Positions 1 to 7,974 are shown, counted from the first letter of the stretch. The stretch is DNA of 64,000 bases from an uncultured Actinomycetes bacterium (GCA_963733255.1 CAVTCH010000019.1:303791-367790), one strand, 5' to 3'. The notes: generated by a model not told the origin, from the sequence alone. Made by a program: numbers and translations.

Positions 1-154
1 TGCTGTGGATGCCCTCCTTGACGGCGGCGTCCTTGGCCTTGCTCCTCTGATTCAGGAACATCGGGATGGCGATCGCCGCCAGGATGCCGATGATGATGAT
101 CACGATCAGGAGCTCGATGAGCGTGAAACCTCTCTACCCTGTGCGCCTTCTCAT
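1..154 (-). pseudogene. Type IV pilin copy B (5' part only; runs off the window), in-frame TAG in the leader peptide
   Basis: From ATG at 154 (purine-rich RBS upstream) reads MRRRTG*RG|[42 protein letters not shown]; TAG at 134-136; class III signal motif GFTLIE. Confidence 0.8.
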
Positions 155-201
155 CTTTCTTCCTTCCTCGTGTCGCTCAGTAGTTTTCGATCTCAGTCTG
201 C

Positions 202-229
202 CCCTCGGCAGGAAACCGAGAATGCCTAA
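202..229 (-). promoter_or_regulatory. Candidate sigma28 (FliA/WhiG)-type promoter of pilin copy B
   Basis: TTAGG-N15-GCCGAGGG, compared with consensus TAAA-N15-GCCGATAA. Confidence 0.4.
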
Positions 230-233
230 ACGC

Positions 234-334
234 CTAGACTTGGGCGACTGGACCCGGGCGACCCTGGTGGCGCGGGCGACTCGACCCGGGCGACTGGACC
301 GGGACGACCCTGGCGACCCGGGCGACGCGGGTGA
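234..334. repeat. Degenerate short tandem repeat tract between the pilin genes
   Basis: About 8 units of CTGGACCCGGGCGA (14 bp) or CCCGGGCGA (9 bp) variants. Confidence 0.75.
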
Positions 335-377
335 AGGTCGCCGCCCTCCGCCGGCCGGCGGCGACACCCGAACGAAG

Positions 378-417
378 TGAGGGGAACGGCCTCGTCTGCG
401 AGAGACCGTTCCCCTCA
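378..417 (-). terminator. Hairpin downstream of pilin copy A
   Basis: TGAGGGGAACGG...CCGTTCCCCTCA inverted repeat about 27 bp after the stop at 444. Confidence 0.65.
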
Positions 418-443
418 GGACGTTCAATTCAGGCGAACCTGGA

Positions 444-858
444 TCACGGAACCTGGAACTGTCCGTTGTTGGACAGGTGGCCCTGCAGCGTGAAGGTGCT
501 ACTGGCCGGGATGTTGGTGTAGGTGTAGTTGCCCTGGTCGGTACCGCTCAGCATGTAGGCACCGGTCGTGGAGAACGGGTTCTTGGGCCAGTTGTCCACG
601 TAGTTGTTGCCGTTGGCGTCGACGAGCTGCGTCTTGTCGGTGATGGTGCCGCGGGAAGGCGTCGCTGTGGTCGACCGCGTAGCTCTGGATACCCACCTGG
701 ATGCTGTGGATGCCCTCCTTGACGGCGGCGTCCTTGGCCTTGCTCCTCTGATTCAGGAACATCGGGATGGCGATCGCCGCCAGGATGCCGATGATGATGA
801 TCACGATCAGGAGCTCGATGAGCGTGAAACCCTTCTGGCCTTTGGTGAAACGCTTCAT
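444..858 (-). pseudogene. pilA: Type IV major pilin copy A, frameshifted near 651
   Basis: ATG 858 with GGGAGG RBS; [10 protein letters not shown]|FTLIELLIV...DHSDAFP; the pilin-like C-terminus ([26 protein letters not shown]...GNYTY...GQFQVP*) continues in another frame to TGA at 444-446; span 415 nt = 3n+1. Confidence 0.8.
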
Positions 859-924
859 ATGAATTGTCACCTCCCTTCCCAATCGAGTTGGAACCTCACA
901 AACCTGCGTTCGAGAGGGGCCACG

Positions 925-967
925 AAGAAACGACCCGCGGCGCCTCTCCGGCTAGCCACAGGTCGTT
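925..967 (-). terminator. Putative expression-platform terminator of the riboswitch
   Basis: Minus strand AACGACCTGTGGC...GCCGCGGGTCGTT stem followed by TCTT, between the aptamer and the pilin RBS. Confidence 0.55.
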
Positions 968-987
968 CCTACAGCGTCGTGCTCGCT

Positions 988-1075
988 GCGGCGGCAACCC
1001 AGCCGACTCTCTGCGCTCCGTGAGCCCTGTGGCTTTGCGCCCCGCCCTCACAGGCGGTTTGCCTTTGCGCCTTCG
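988..1075 (-). promoter_or_regulatory. c-di-GMP-I (GEMM) riboswitch
   Basis: Minus strand GGCAAACCGCCT-GTGA-GGGCGGGGCGCAAAGCC...GGGTTGCCG matches the GEMM-I pattern (GGCAAAC, GNRA loop, CGCAAAGC, GGGTTGCC); G at the ligand-specifying position; lies in the pilin 5' leader. Confidence 0.88.
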
Positions 1076-1144
1076 TACCAAGGTTGCCCCACCGCCAGCT
1101 CGCTAGACACTTTTCTGTTTGGCCTGGCTGCCGGTTCGAAAAGG

Positions 1145-1172
1145 GTATCGGTTGCCGTCCGCGATGACTTGA
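1145..1172 (-). promoter_or_regulatory. Candidate sigma28 (FliA/WhiG)-type promoter of the riboswitch-pilin transcript
   Basis: TCAAG-N15-ACCGATAC. Confidence 0.6.
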
Positions 1173-1302
1173 GAAACGACCGGTCGTGAACCCTTCACAA
1201 TGGCCTGGGCGCAACACGGCCGGGTCCTGCCCCACCGCGGCGATCCGCCCGGAAACGCCCGGCGCGGGCGCGAGAGCTTGAGCGATCAATCGGAGCCGAG
1301 GC

Positions 1303-2040
1303 CTAGAAGACGCGCCGCGTCATGACCTGCTTGAGACGCGCGAGAGCCTTGATCGACTCGCGCGAGACCTTCTTCTGGGTCAGACCCAGAGCGGCGGCCA
1401 CCTCGTGCTGGGTGAACTCGCGAAAGAACAGGAGGTAGATCAGCTTGCGCTGAAAGGCGGTGAGAACGTCGAGGGCGTCGTAGAGCGCGATGCGATCCTC
1501 GATCGGCAGCGCGAACGAGGTGAGGTGCAGCGACCGGACCTCACCCGGGTTCGCCGTCGGCTCGCCGTCGTCGGCGTAGTTGTCGGACAAGCCCTTGAGG
1601 TCGATGCGCGCGTAGACGTTGAGGACTTCGAGGATGCCGGCCTCGCTGATGTTCAGCTCGGCGGCGATCTCGGAGAGCTGGGGCGGCCGCCCCAGCTTGC
1701 GCGTGAGGTTGCCGACCGCCTCCTCGATCTGCCGGTAGACCCGCTTGACCCAGCGTGGCTGACGCAGCAGCAACGAGTCGCGCAGATGATGGCGGATCTC
1801 GCCCTCGATGACCGGCACGGCGTAGGTCGAGAAGCGCACGCCCTTGGTCGAATCGAAGCGCTGGACGGCCTTGATCAACCCCAGGTTCGCTACCTGAAGG
1901 AGGTCCTCGTATGGCTCGTCCGCAGTCGCGAAACGCTTGAGCACGTGGTGCAGCAGTCGCTGATTGTCACGCACCACCTGGTCGAGACTGGCCGGCGAGC
2001 GGGTGGCCGCGTACTCGGCTACCAGCTGCTCGTTGTTCAA
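1303..2040 (-). CDS. SigB/SigF/SigG-family RNA polymerase sigma factor
   Basis: Region 2 EDLLQVANLGLIKAVQRFD...FSTYAVPVIEGEIRHHLRD, region 4 HTH TQHEVAAALGLTQKKVSR; TTG start 22 bp after pilC. Confidence 0.9.
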   Translation of the reverse strand: MNNEQLVAEYAATRSPASLDQVVRDNQRLLHHVLKRFATADEPYEDLLQVANLGLIKAVQRFDSTKGVRFSTYAVPVIEGEIRHHLRDSLLLRQPRWVKRVYRQIEEAVGNLTRKLGRPPQLSEIAAELNISEAGILEVLNVYARIDLKGLSDNYADDGEPTANPGEVRSLHLTSFALPIEDRIALYDALDVLTAFQRKLIYLLFFREFTQHEVAAALGLTQKKVSRESIKALARLKQVMTRRVF

Positions 2041-2062
2041 CGGGGCCCCCAGGCGGAAGCGG

Positions 2063-3286
2063 CTACTGCTTGACGATGTTCATCATGTTGAAGATAGGCA
2101 GGTACATCGAGATGACGACCGTGCCCACCAGGGCGCCCACGAAGAGCATCATGATGGGCTCGAGGATCGAGGTCAGTGACTTGACCGCGGCGTTCACCTC
2201 GTCTTCGTAGAAGTCGGCCACCTTCTGCAGCATGCTGTCGAGAGCGCCCGTTTCCTCGCCTACGGCGATCATCTGCACGACCATGTCGGGAAACACGGCG
2301 ACACCCTTGAGGGGCTCCGAGATGGTCTGGCCCTCCTTGACGCTCACCTGGACCGCGGCCATGGCGTGCTCGATGACGACGTTGCCGGCCGACTTGCCGG
2401 TGATCTCGATGGCCTGCAGGATCGGCACACCGCTCGACACCAGGGTGCCGAGCGTACGCGAGAAGCGCGCCACGGCGATCTTGCGGATCACCTCGCCGAT
2501 GCCCATCGGCACGTGCAGCTTGAAGCGGTCCCAGACTTCGGTCCCCTTGTCGGTGCGCTTCGCCCTTTGGATGATGACTATCAGAGCGATGATCGCGACC
2601 ACGACGATGGCGCCCTTCCAGCTCTTCATGATGTCGGAGGCGCCGACCATGATCCGGGTCAGCATGGGCAGCTTGGCGTTGCCGAGCGACTTGTACATGC
2701 CGGCGAACACCGGGATCAGAAAGAGCACCATGCCGATCAGCACGATGATGGCAAACGACGCGATCATGATCGGGTAAGTCATAGCCGATTTGACGGCGCG
2801 CCTGATGGCGTCGTCCTTTTCGAGCTGGCTCGCGAGCCGGTTCAGGACTTCGTCGAGGATACCGCCGATCTCTCCGGCCCGTACCATGTTCACGTACAGC
2901 GGCGAGAACACCTTCGGGTGCTTCTCGAGGGCATCCGACAAGGCGATGCCGGCTTCGACGTCGCCCCGCACCTGGGTGAGCACCTTGGCGAGCTTCGGGT
3001 TCTCGGTCTGCTCTTCGAGCACCGACAGGGCGCGCAGCATGGAGAGCCCCGAGTTGATCATGGTGGCGAACTGCCGCGAGAAGACGGTGAGGTCCCTGGC
3101 CTTGACGCGTTGCATACCGGCGAAGATGTCGGTCTGGGCGAGGCCCGTCTTGACCTCGTTGATGTCGACGACCGTGAGGCCCCTGTTGCGCAGGCTGGCC
3201 GCGACCGCCGACTTGTTGTCGCCGTCGACCTGGCCCGACGAGGTCGAGCCTCGGCCGTCGAGAGCCTTGTATGTGAACTTGGCCAT
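2063..3286 (-). CDS. pilC: Type IV pilus inner membrane platform protein PilC (T2SS F family)
   Basis: FSRQFATMINSGL, MVRAGEIGG, VGEETGALD, MYLPIF motifs; ATG at 3286 with GGAGG. Confidence 0.95.
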   Translation of the reverse strand: MAKFTYKALDGRGSTSSGQVDGDNKSAVAASLRNRGLTVVDINEVKTGLAQTDIFAGMQRVKARDLTVFSRQFATMINSGLSMLRALSVLEEQTENPKLAKVLTQVRGDVEAGIALSDALEKHPKVFSPLYVNMVRAGEIGGILDEVLNRLASQLEKDDAIRRAVKSAMTYPIMIASFAIIVLIGMVLFLIPVFAGMYKSLGNAKLPMLTRIMVGASDIMKSWKGAIVVVAIIALIVIIQRAKRTDKGTEVWDRFKLHVPMGIGEVIRKIAVARFSRTLGTLVSSGVPILQAIEITGKSAGNVVIEHAMAAVQVSVKEGQTISEPLKGVAVFPDMVVQMIAVGEETGALDSMLQKVADFYEDEVNAAVKSLTSILEPIMMLFVGALVGTVVISMYLPIFNMMNIVKQ

Positions 3287-3364
3287 GAGTCCTCCGTCAC
3301 TTCCCGGCGACGCCGGCAGCAAGTCGCTGATCAAGCCGAACGGCTTCGGCCCTTCTCGAGACTG

Positions 3365-3391
3365 TTCTCGTCATGCTCAGGCAAACCTTTA
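3365..3391 (-). promoter_or_regulatory. Candidate sigma28-type internal promoter upstream of pilC
   Basis: TAAA-N15-GACGAGAA; the -35 element overlaps the pilT TAA stop codon. Confidence 0.5.
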
Positions 3392-4468
3392 GCTCACCCT
3401 GGCCGTCTGACCGGCGGCGCCGAGCAGGCGGTTCAGGTCTTCGGGCGTGCTCGAACGACGCTGGGCCAGCTCGCGCGAGATCATGCCGCGGCGCACCAGA
3501 TCGGCGAGCGAGGCATCCATCGTCACCATGCCGTGCATGGTGCCGGTCTGCATCACGGAGTAGATCTGATGCGTCTTGCCCTCGCGGATGAGGTTGCGCA
3601 CGGCCGGCGTCGGGATCAGCAGCTCGCAGGCGACCACCCGGCCGCGGCCGTCGCGTGTCGGCAGGAGCTGCTGCGTGCAGACGCCCACCAGGGTGGTCGA
3701 GAGCTGCACGCGGATCTGCTCCTGCTGATGCGGCGGAAAGACGTCGATGATGCGGTCGATGGTCTGCGGCGCATCCTGGGTGTGCAGCGTGGCGAACACG
3801 AGGTGCCCGGTCTCAGCCGCCGTGAGCGCCGTGGCCATGGTCTCGGTGTCGCGCATCTCGCCCACGAGGATGACGTCGGGGTCCTGGCGCAGCACACTCT
3901 TGAGCGCCCGGTTGAACGACTTCGTGTCGGCCCCCACCTCGCGCTGGTTGATCATGCACTTCTTGTGGCGGTGGAGGAACTCGATCGGGTCCTCGATCGT
4001 CATGATGTGCTCTTCGCGGACCTCGTTGATCTCGTCGATCATGGCCGACAGGGTGGTCGACTTGCCGCAACCGGTCGGGCCGGTCACCACCACGAAGCCG
4101 CGCGGCTTGGTGGTGAGCTGGTGCAGCGCCTTGGGCAGTCCGAGGTCTTCGAGCTTCTTGATCTGGATGGGGATCAGGCGGAAGGCCGCTCCCAGGCTGT
4201 TGCGCTGGAAGTAGGCGTTGACCCTGAAGCGGGCCCGGTTGGGCACCGAGTACGAGAAGTCCATCTCCCAATCGTTCTCGAGGCGCTGACGCTGCTCCTG
4301 GGAGAGGATGCTGTAGATCAGCTCGCGGGTGTCGTTGGCGCCCAGACGCGGATAGTCGAGTCGTTCGAGAACGCCGTTGACGCGCACGATCGGCGGCGCG
4401 CCGACGGTGAGGTGCAGGTCGCTCGCGTCACGCTCGAGAACCTCAAGCAGGATGTCGACTAGATCCAT
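3389..4468 (-). CDS. pilT: Type IV pilus retraction ATPase PilT
   Basis: ASDLHL, Walker A GPTGCGKSTT, TIEDPIE, AAETGHLVFATLHT, AVRNLIRE motif. Confidence 0.95.
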   Translation of the reverse strand: MDLVDILLEVLERDASDLHLTVGAPPIVRVNGVLERLDYPRLGANDTRELIYSILSQEQRQRLENDWEMDFSYSVPNRARFRVNAYFQRNSLGAAFRLIPIQIKKLEDLGLPKALHQLTTKPRGFVVVTGPTGCGKSTTLSAMIDEINEVREEHIMTIEDPIEFLHRHKKCMINQREVGADTKSFNRALKSVLRQDPDVILVGEMRDTETMATALTAAETGHLVFATLHTQDAPQTIDRIIDVFPPHQQEQIRVQLSTTLVGVCTQQLLPTRDGRGRVVACELLIPTPAVRNLIREGKTHQIYSVMQTGTMHGMVTMDASLADLVRRGMISRELAQRRSSTPEDLNRLLGAAGQTARVS

Positions 4469-4496
4469 CGTTATCGTCCCCTCGGAAGGCAGATTG

Positions 4497-6587
4497 TCAG
4501 ATGATGACCCGGGCGATCTCTTCGATCGACGTTGCGCCCGCCAGCACCTTGTCGATGCCGTCTTCGCGCAGGTTCTTCATTCCCTCGGCCTGAGCCACGC
4601 GGCTGATCTCGTCGGCGCTCTTGCGCTCGACCGTCAGCCGGCGGATGGCTTCGCTTACGATCATAACTTCGTAGATCCCGAGCCGTCCCTTATAGCCGGT
4701 GCCGTTGCAGCGAGAGCAACCCTTCGGTCGGTACAACGTCACCTGCCCCATGTCAAAGACTTCGGGCGGAAAGTCGTTCTTCTTGAGCATCTCCTCGGAC
4801 GGCTCATAGGGTTCCTTGCACTCCTTGCAGAGGCGCCGCGCCAGGCGCTGGGCGAGGACGCAGTCGACGGCCGACGAGGTCAGGAACGGCTCGATGCCCA
4901 TCTCCGTGAGTCGCGAGAGCGCGCCCGGCGCGTCGTTTGTATGCAGCGTGCTGAGCACGAGGTGGCCGGTGAGGGCCGACTCGATGGCGATGCTCGCGGT
5001 CTCGCGGTCGCGGACCTCGCCGACCATCACGATGTCCGGGTCGCAGCGCAGGATCGAGCGCAGGGCCGCGGCGAAGGTCATGCCGGCCTTCACATTGACC
5101 TGCACCTGGTTGATCCCGTTGAGCCGATACTCGACCGGGTCCTCGACCGTGATCACGTTCTTCTCGGGCGAGTTGATAATGTTCAGCGTGGCGTAGAGCG
5201 TAGTCGACTTGCCCGAGCCGGTCGGCCCCGTGACGAGGATGGCGCCGTACGGGCGCGTGAAGGAGCGCTTGTAGCGCTTGAGCGCCTTCGCCGAGAAGCC
5301 GAGATCGGTCAGATCGAGCATGACGTTGCTCTTGTCGAGCAGACGCATGACGATCTTTTCGCCGTAGACCGTGGGCAGGGTGGCGACGCGCATGTCGATG
5401 GGCTTGCCGCCCACCACCAGGCCGATGCGACCGTCCTGAGGTACGCGACGTTCGGCGATGTCGAGCTCGGCCATGACCTTGAGGCGCGAGATCACGCCGC
5501 TCTGCATGCGCCGCGGCACCGACATGACCTCGTGCAGGACGCCGTCGAGACGGAAGCGGATGACGAGCTCCTTGGCCTGGGGCTCGAAATGGATGTCACT
5601 GGCGCCGTCGTCGACCGACTGCGCGATCACCGAGTTCACGAGCTTCACGATCGGCGGCTCTTCGGTCATCTCGCGGATGTCGGTGATCTCTTCGTCGCCG
5701 GTGACCACGGAGTCCGGGTTCTCGTGGACCTGGTCGTCGAGCCGGTTCAGCTTGCTGATGGCCCCGAACACGTCCTCCTCGCTGGCGATGGCCGGCAGGA
5801 TCGTGTAGCCGGTCATGATGCGCAGGTCGTCGGCGACCAGGACGTTGGCCGGATCGACCATCGCGACCTGCAGGGTCGTGTCGTCGATGAACCGCACCGG
5901 GATCGCGCCGTAGCGCCGGCACAGCCTCTCGGACATCAACCCGGCGGCGGACATGTCGAGCTGGACGGTCGTGAGGTCGAGATACTCGATGCCGAACTTG
6001 GTGGCGAGCGCCTTGGTCAGGTCGAGCTCCGACACGACCTTGTCCTCGAGCAGCATCTGACCGAGGCGCTGACGGGTCTCCTTCTGGCGGACCAGGCAGG
6101 CCTCGATCTGCTCGTCGGTGACGAGGCCCATGTCGACCAGGATCTCGCCGAGACGCTTCTTGCTCGCGCGCAGCGGCACCGGAGAGCCGGAGGCGGCCGC
6201 CTCGTCGGCGGCCTGCAGCCGTTCGAGGACGGCATTGACGCCTCCGGAGTGCGACGCGCCGTTACCGGAAACGTCGTCGTCATCGTCGCCGTCGCCGTCG
6301 GCCCCGGCCTCGGGGGGCTCGTCGTCGGGGATCTCGATCGGCTTGACGGTCGTGAGCAGGTCGGCCTCGGCCAGACCGGACAACGCGTCGAACATGCCGT
6401 CCGTGTCGAATACCTCATCGTGGCCTGTGCTCACGAAACCATCCGTTTCCTCATCGTCGGGTACCTGGACATCCCATTCGTCGGTTTCGGCCGGGTCGTC
6501 TTCACGCGGGACGACCTCGACCTCGGGCCGGCCGTCGTCGCCGGTCGCCAGACGACCTTCTGATGCGCTCTCATCGTCGTGCGGCAC
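4497..6587 (-). CDS. pilB: Type IV pilus assembly ATPase PilB with acidic N-terminal extension and MshEN motif
   Basis: RLGEILVDMGLV MshEN-like motif, ASDIHFEP, GPTGSGKSTT, tetracysteine motif (CKEC...CSRC); start uncertain. Confidence 0.93.
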   Translation of the reverse strand: MPHDDESASEGRLATGDDGRPEVEVVPREDDPAETDEWDVQVPDDEETDGFVSTGHDEVFDTDGMFDALSGLAEADLLTTVKPIEIPDDEPPEAGADGDGDDDDDVSGNGASHSGGVNAVLERLQAADEAAASGSPVPLRASKKRLGEILVDMGLVTDEQIEACLVRQKETRQRLGQMLLEDKVVSELDLTKALATKFGIEYLDLTTVQLDMSAAGLMSERLCRRYGAIPVRFIDDTTLQVAMVDPANVLVADDLRIMTGYTILPAIASEEDVFGAISKLNRLDDQVHENPDSVVTGDEEITDIREMTEEPPIVKLVNSVIAQSVDDGASDIHFEPQAKELVIRFRLDGVLHEVMSVPRRMQSGVISRLKVMAELDIAERRVPQDGRIGLVVGGKPIDMRVATLPTVYGEKIVMRLLDKSNVMLDLTDLGFSAKALKRYKRSFTRPYGAILVTGPTGSGKSTTLYATLNIINSPEKNVITVEDPVEYRLNGINQVQVNVKAGMTFAAALRSILRCDPDIVMVGEVRDRETASIAIESALTGHLVLSTLHTNDAPGALSRLTEMGIEPFLTSSAVDCVLAQRLARRLCKECKEPYEPSEEMLKKNDFPPEVFDMGQVTLYRPKGCSRCNGTGYKGRLGIYEVMIVSEAIRRLTVERKSADEISRVAQAEGMKNLREDGIDKVLAGATSIEEIARVII

Positions 6588-7422
6588 TTCGCATCACTTC
6601 CAGTGGCGCGCCCCGCCCCGTCCAGAGCTCGAACGAGAGCGCGGCCTGCCAGGCGAGCATGTCCAAGCCGTCGATAGCCCGAGCTCCGATGGCCCGGGCA
6701 CGTTCGAGAGGCACCGTCGGCCGCTGTCCGTAGACCACGTCGAAAACGATATGGTCACGTCGCATGGTATCGACCAAAACCGCCGGCACTTTAAGTGGCT
6801 CGCTCATTCCGAGCGGGCTGGCGTTGACCAGGATGTCGGCCTCGCGGACGTGAGATGCGGTCAGAGCGTCCAGCGTCACGACCCGAAACCGTGCTCGCTC
6901 GTCGACGGCCCCCAGCAGGCGGGCGAGCTCCTCAGCCCTCGCCGGCGAGCGATTGACCACCGTGATGGTCCGTACTCCCAGACGCACGAGGCCGAGCGTC
7001 GCCGCCCGAGCGACCCCGCCGGCGCCGAGCACAAGAGCGCCGGCGCCGTCCAGAGGTTCACTTACGACGTCACGCAGAGCGGCCACGAAGCCGCCGACGT
7101 CGGTGTTGTGACCTTCGAGCGCGCCGCCGGCGACGACGATCGTGTTCACCGCCTCGATCAGGCGGGCGTCGCCGGACACGTCGTCCAGGAACGGCAGCAC
7201 GGCAGCCTTGTGGGGCATCGTGACGTTGGCGCCGCGAAAGCCGAGACCCGCCAGGCCGCCGACCGCGGCTTCGAGCCGCCCCGCGGCGACCGGCAGCGGC
7301 ACGTACGCCATGTCCAGTCCCAGCGCCGCGAAAGCCGCGTTGTGCATCGCCGGCGAAAGCGAATGCGCCACGGGCCAGCCGATGATGCCCGTCAGGACCG
7401 TGCTCCCTGTGATCGTCGCCAC
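6571..7422 (-). CDS. aroE: Shikimate dehydrogenase
   Basis: IGWPVAHSLSPAMHN, GANVTMPHK, AVNT, NTD, GAGG motifs. Confidence 0.95.
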   Translation of the reverse strand: MATITGSTVLTGIIGWPVAHSLSPAMHNAAFAALGLDMAYVPLPVAAGRLEAAVGGLAGLGFRGANVTMPHKAAVLPFLDDVSGDARLIEAVNTIVVAGGALEGHNTDVGGFVAALRDVVSEPLDGAGALVLGAGGVARAATLGLVRLGVRTITVVNRSPARAEELARLLGAVDERARFRVVTLDALTASHVREADILVNASPLGMSEPLKVPAVLVDTMRRDHIVFDVVYGQRPTVPLERARAIGARAIDGLDMLAWQAALSFELWTGRGAPLEVMRSAARR

Positions 7423-7492
7423 GTCTCGTTCCCCCGGGTCTCTTCTTAAGTAGCCGCGTCACGCGTCGCAAGACCGACGCTTGCAAGCTTGC

Positions 7493-7520
7493 ACATCGGC
7501 AGGCGACATCCTGCCCTGGA
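7493..7520 (-). promoter_or_regulatory. Candidate sigma28-type promoter upstream of aroE-pilB-pilT
   Basis: TCCAG-N15-GCCGATGT. Confidence 0.55.
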
Positions 7521-7575
7521 GACCCGACCGACCGGACGCGCGGGCGCGACATCCCGCCGGCGGATGGGAGTGACC

Positions 7576-7974
7576 CTAGGACCGCGGTCGCGACTCGCCG
7601 GCGCTCAGATAGTCCTCGAGTATCTGCGCCGCCGCTCTGGCGTCGAGCGCCCCCGCTCCCCCCCGCTGCTGGGCGATCGCCGTGGTGAAGCGCTCATCGT
7701 AGAGCACCACCGGCACGTCGATCGCCTTTCGCAAGCGAGCTACGAACGAGCGTACTTCGCGAGCCTGCGCGTGTTCGCCGCCGTCGAGCGAGACCGGCAG
7801 GCCCACCACGACCCGCGACACCGCCTCGGACGCCACGATGTCGCGGAGGTTCGAGAGGCCCGGCGCCGTGCCGGCGCGTTCGACGACCCCGAAGGGCCGG
7901 GCGATCGTGCCGGTCTCGTCTGAGATCGCGACCCCGGTGCGAGCGGCGCCGTAGTCGAGCGAGAGCAGGCGCAC
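7576..7974 (-). CDS. ruvX: YqgF/RuvX family pre-16S rRNA nuclease
   Basis: LDYGAARTGVAISD, VVGLP, DERFTT motifs; follows alaS. Confidence 0.93.
   Translation of the reverse strand: MRLLSLDYGAARTGVAISDETGTIARPFGVVERAGTAPGLSNLRDIVASEAVSRVVVGLPVSLDGGEHAQAREVRSFVARLRKAIDVPVVLYDERFTTAIAQQRGGAGALDARAAAQILEDYLSAGESRPRS

Noticed and set aside
134-136. Pyrrolysine or genome-wide TAG recoding to explain the pilin amber codon
   Set aside because: TAG is an ordinary stop for many genes here (e.g. polA, rpsA, gap) and no pyl genes or suppressor tRNA are in the window.
234-334. CRISPR array (also considered for 61575-61670)
   Set aside because: Units are short, degenerate and contiguous without unique spacers; no cas genes.
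988-1075. 3',3'-cGAMP-sensing GEMM-Ib variant
   Set aside because: The specificity position (third base before AAACC) is G, as in c-di-GMP binders, not A.
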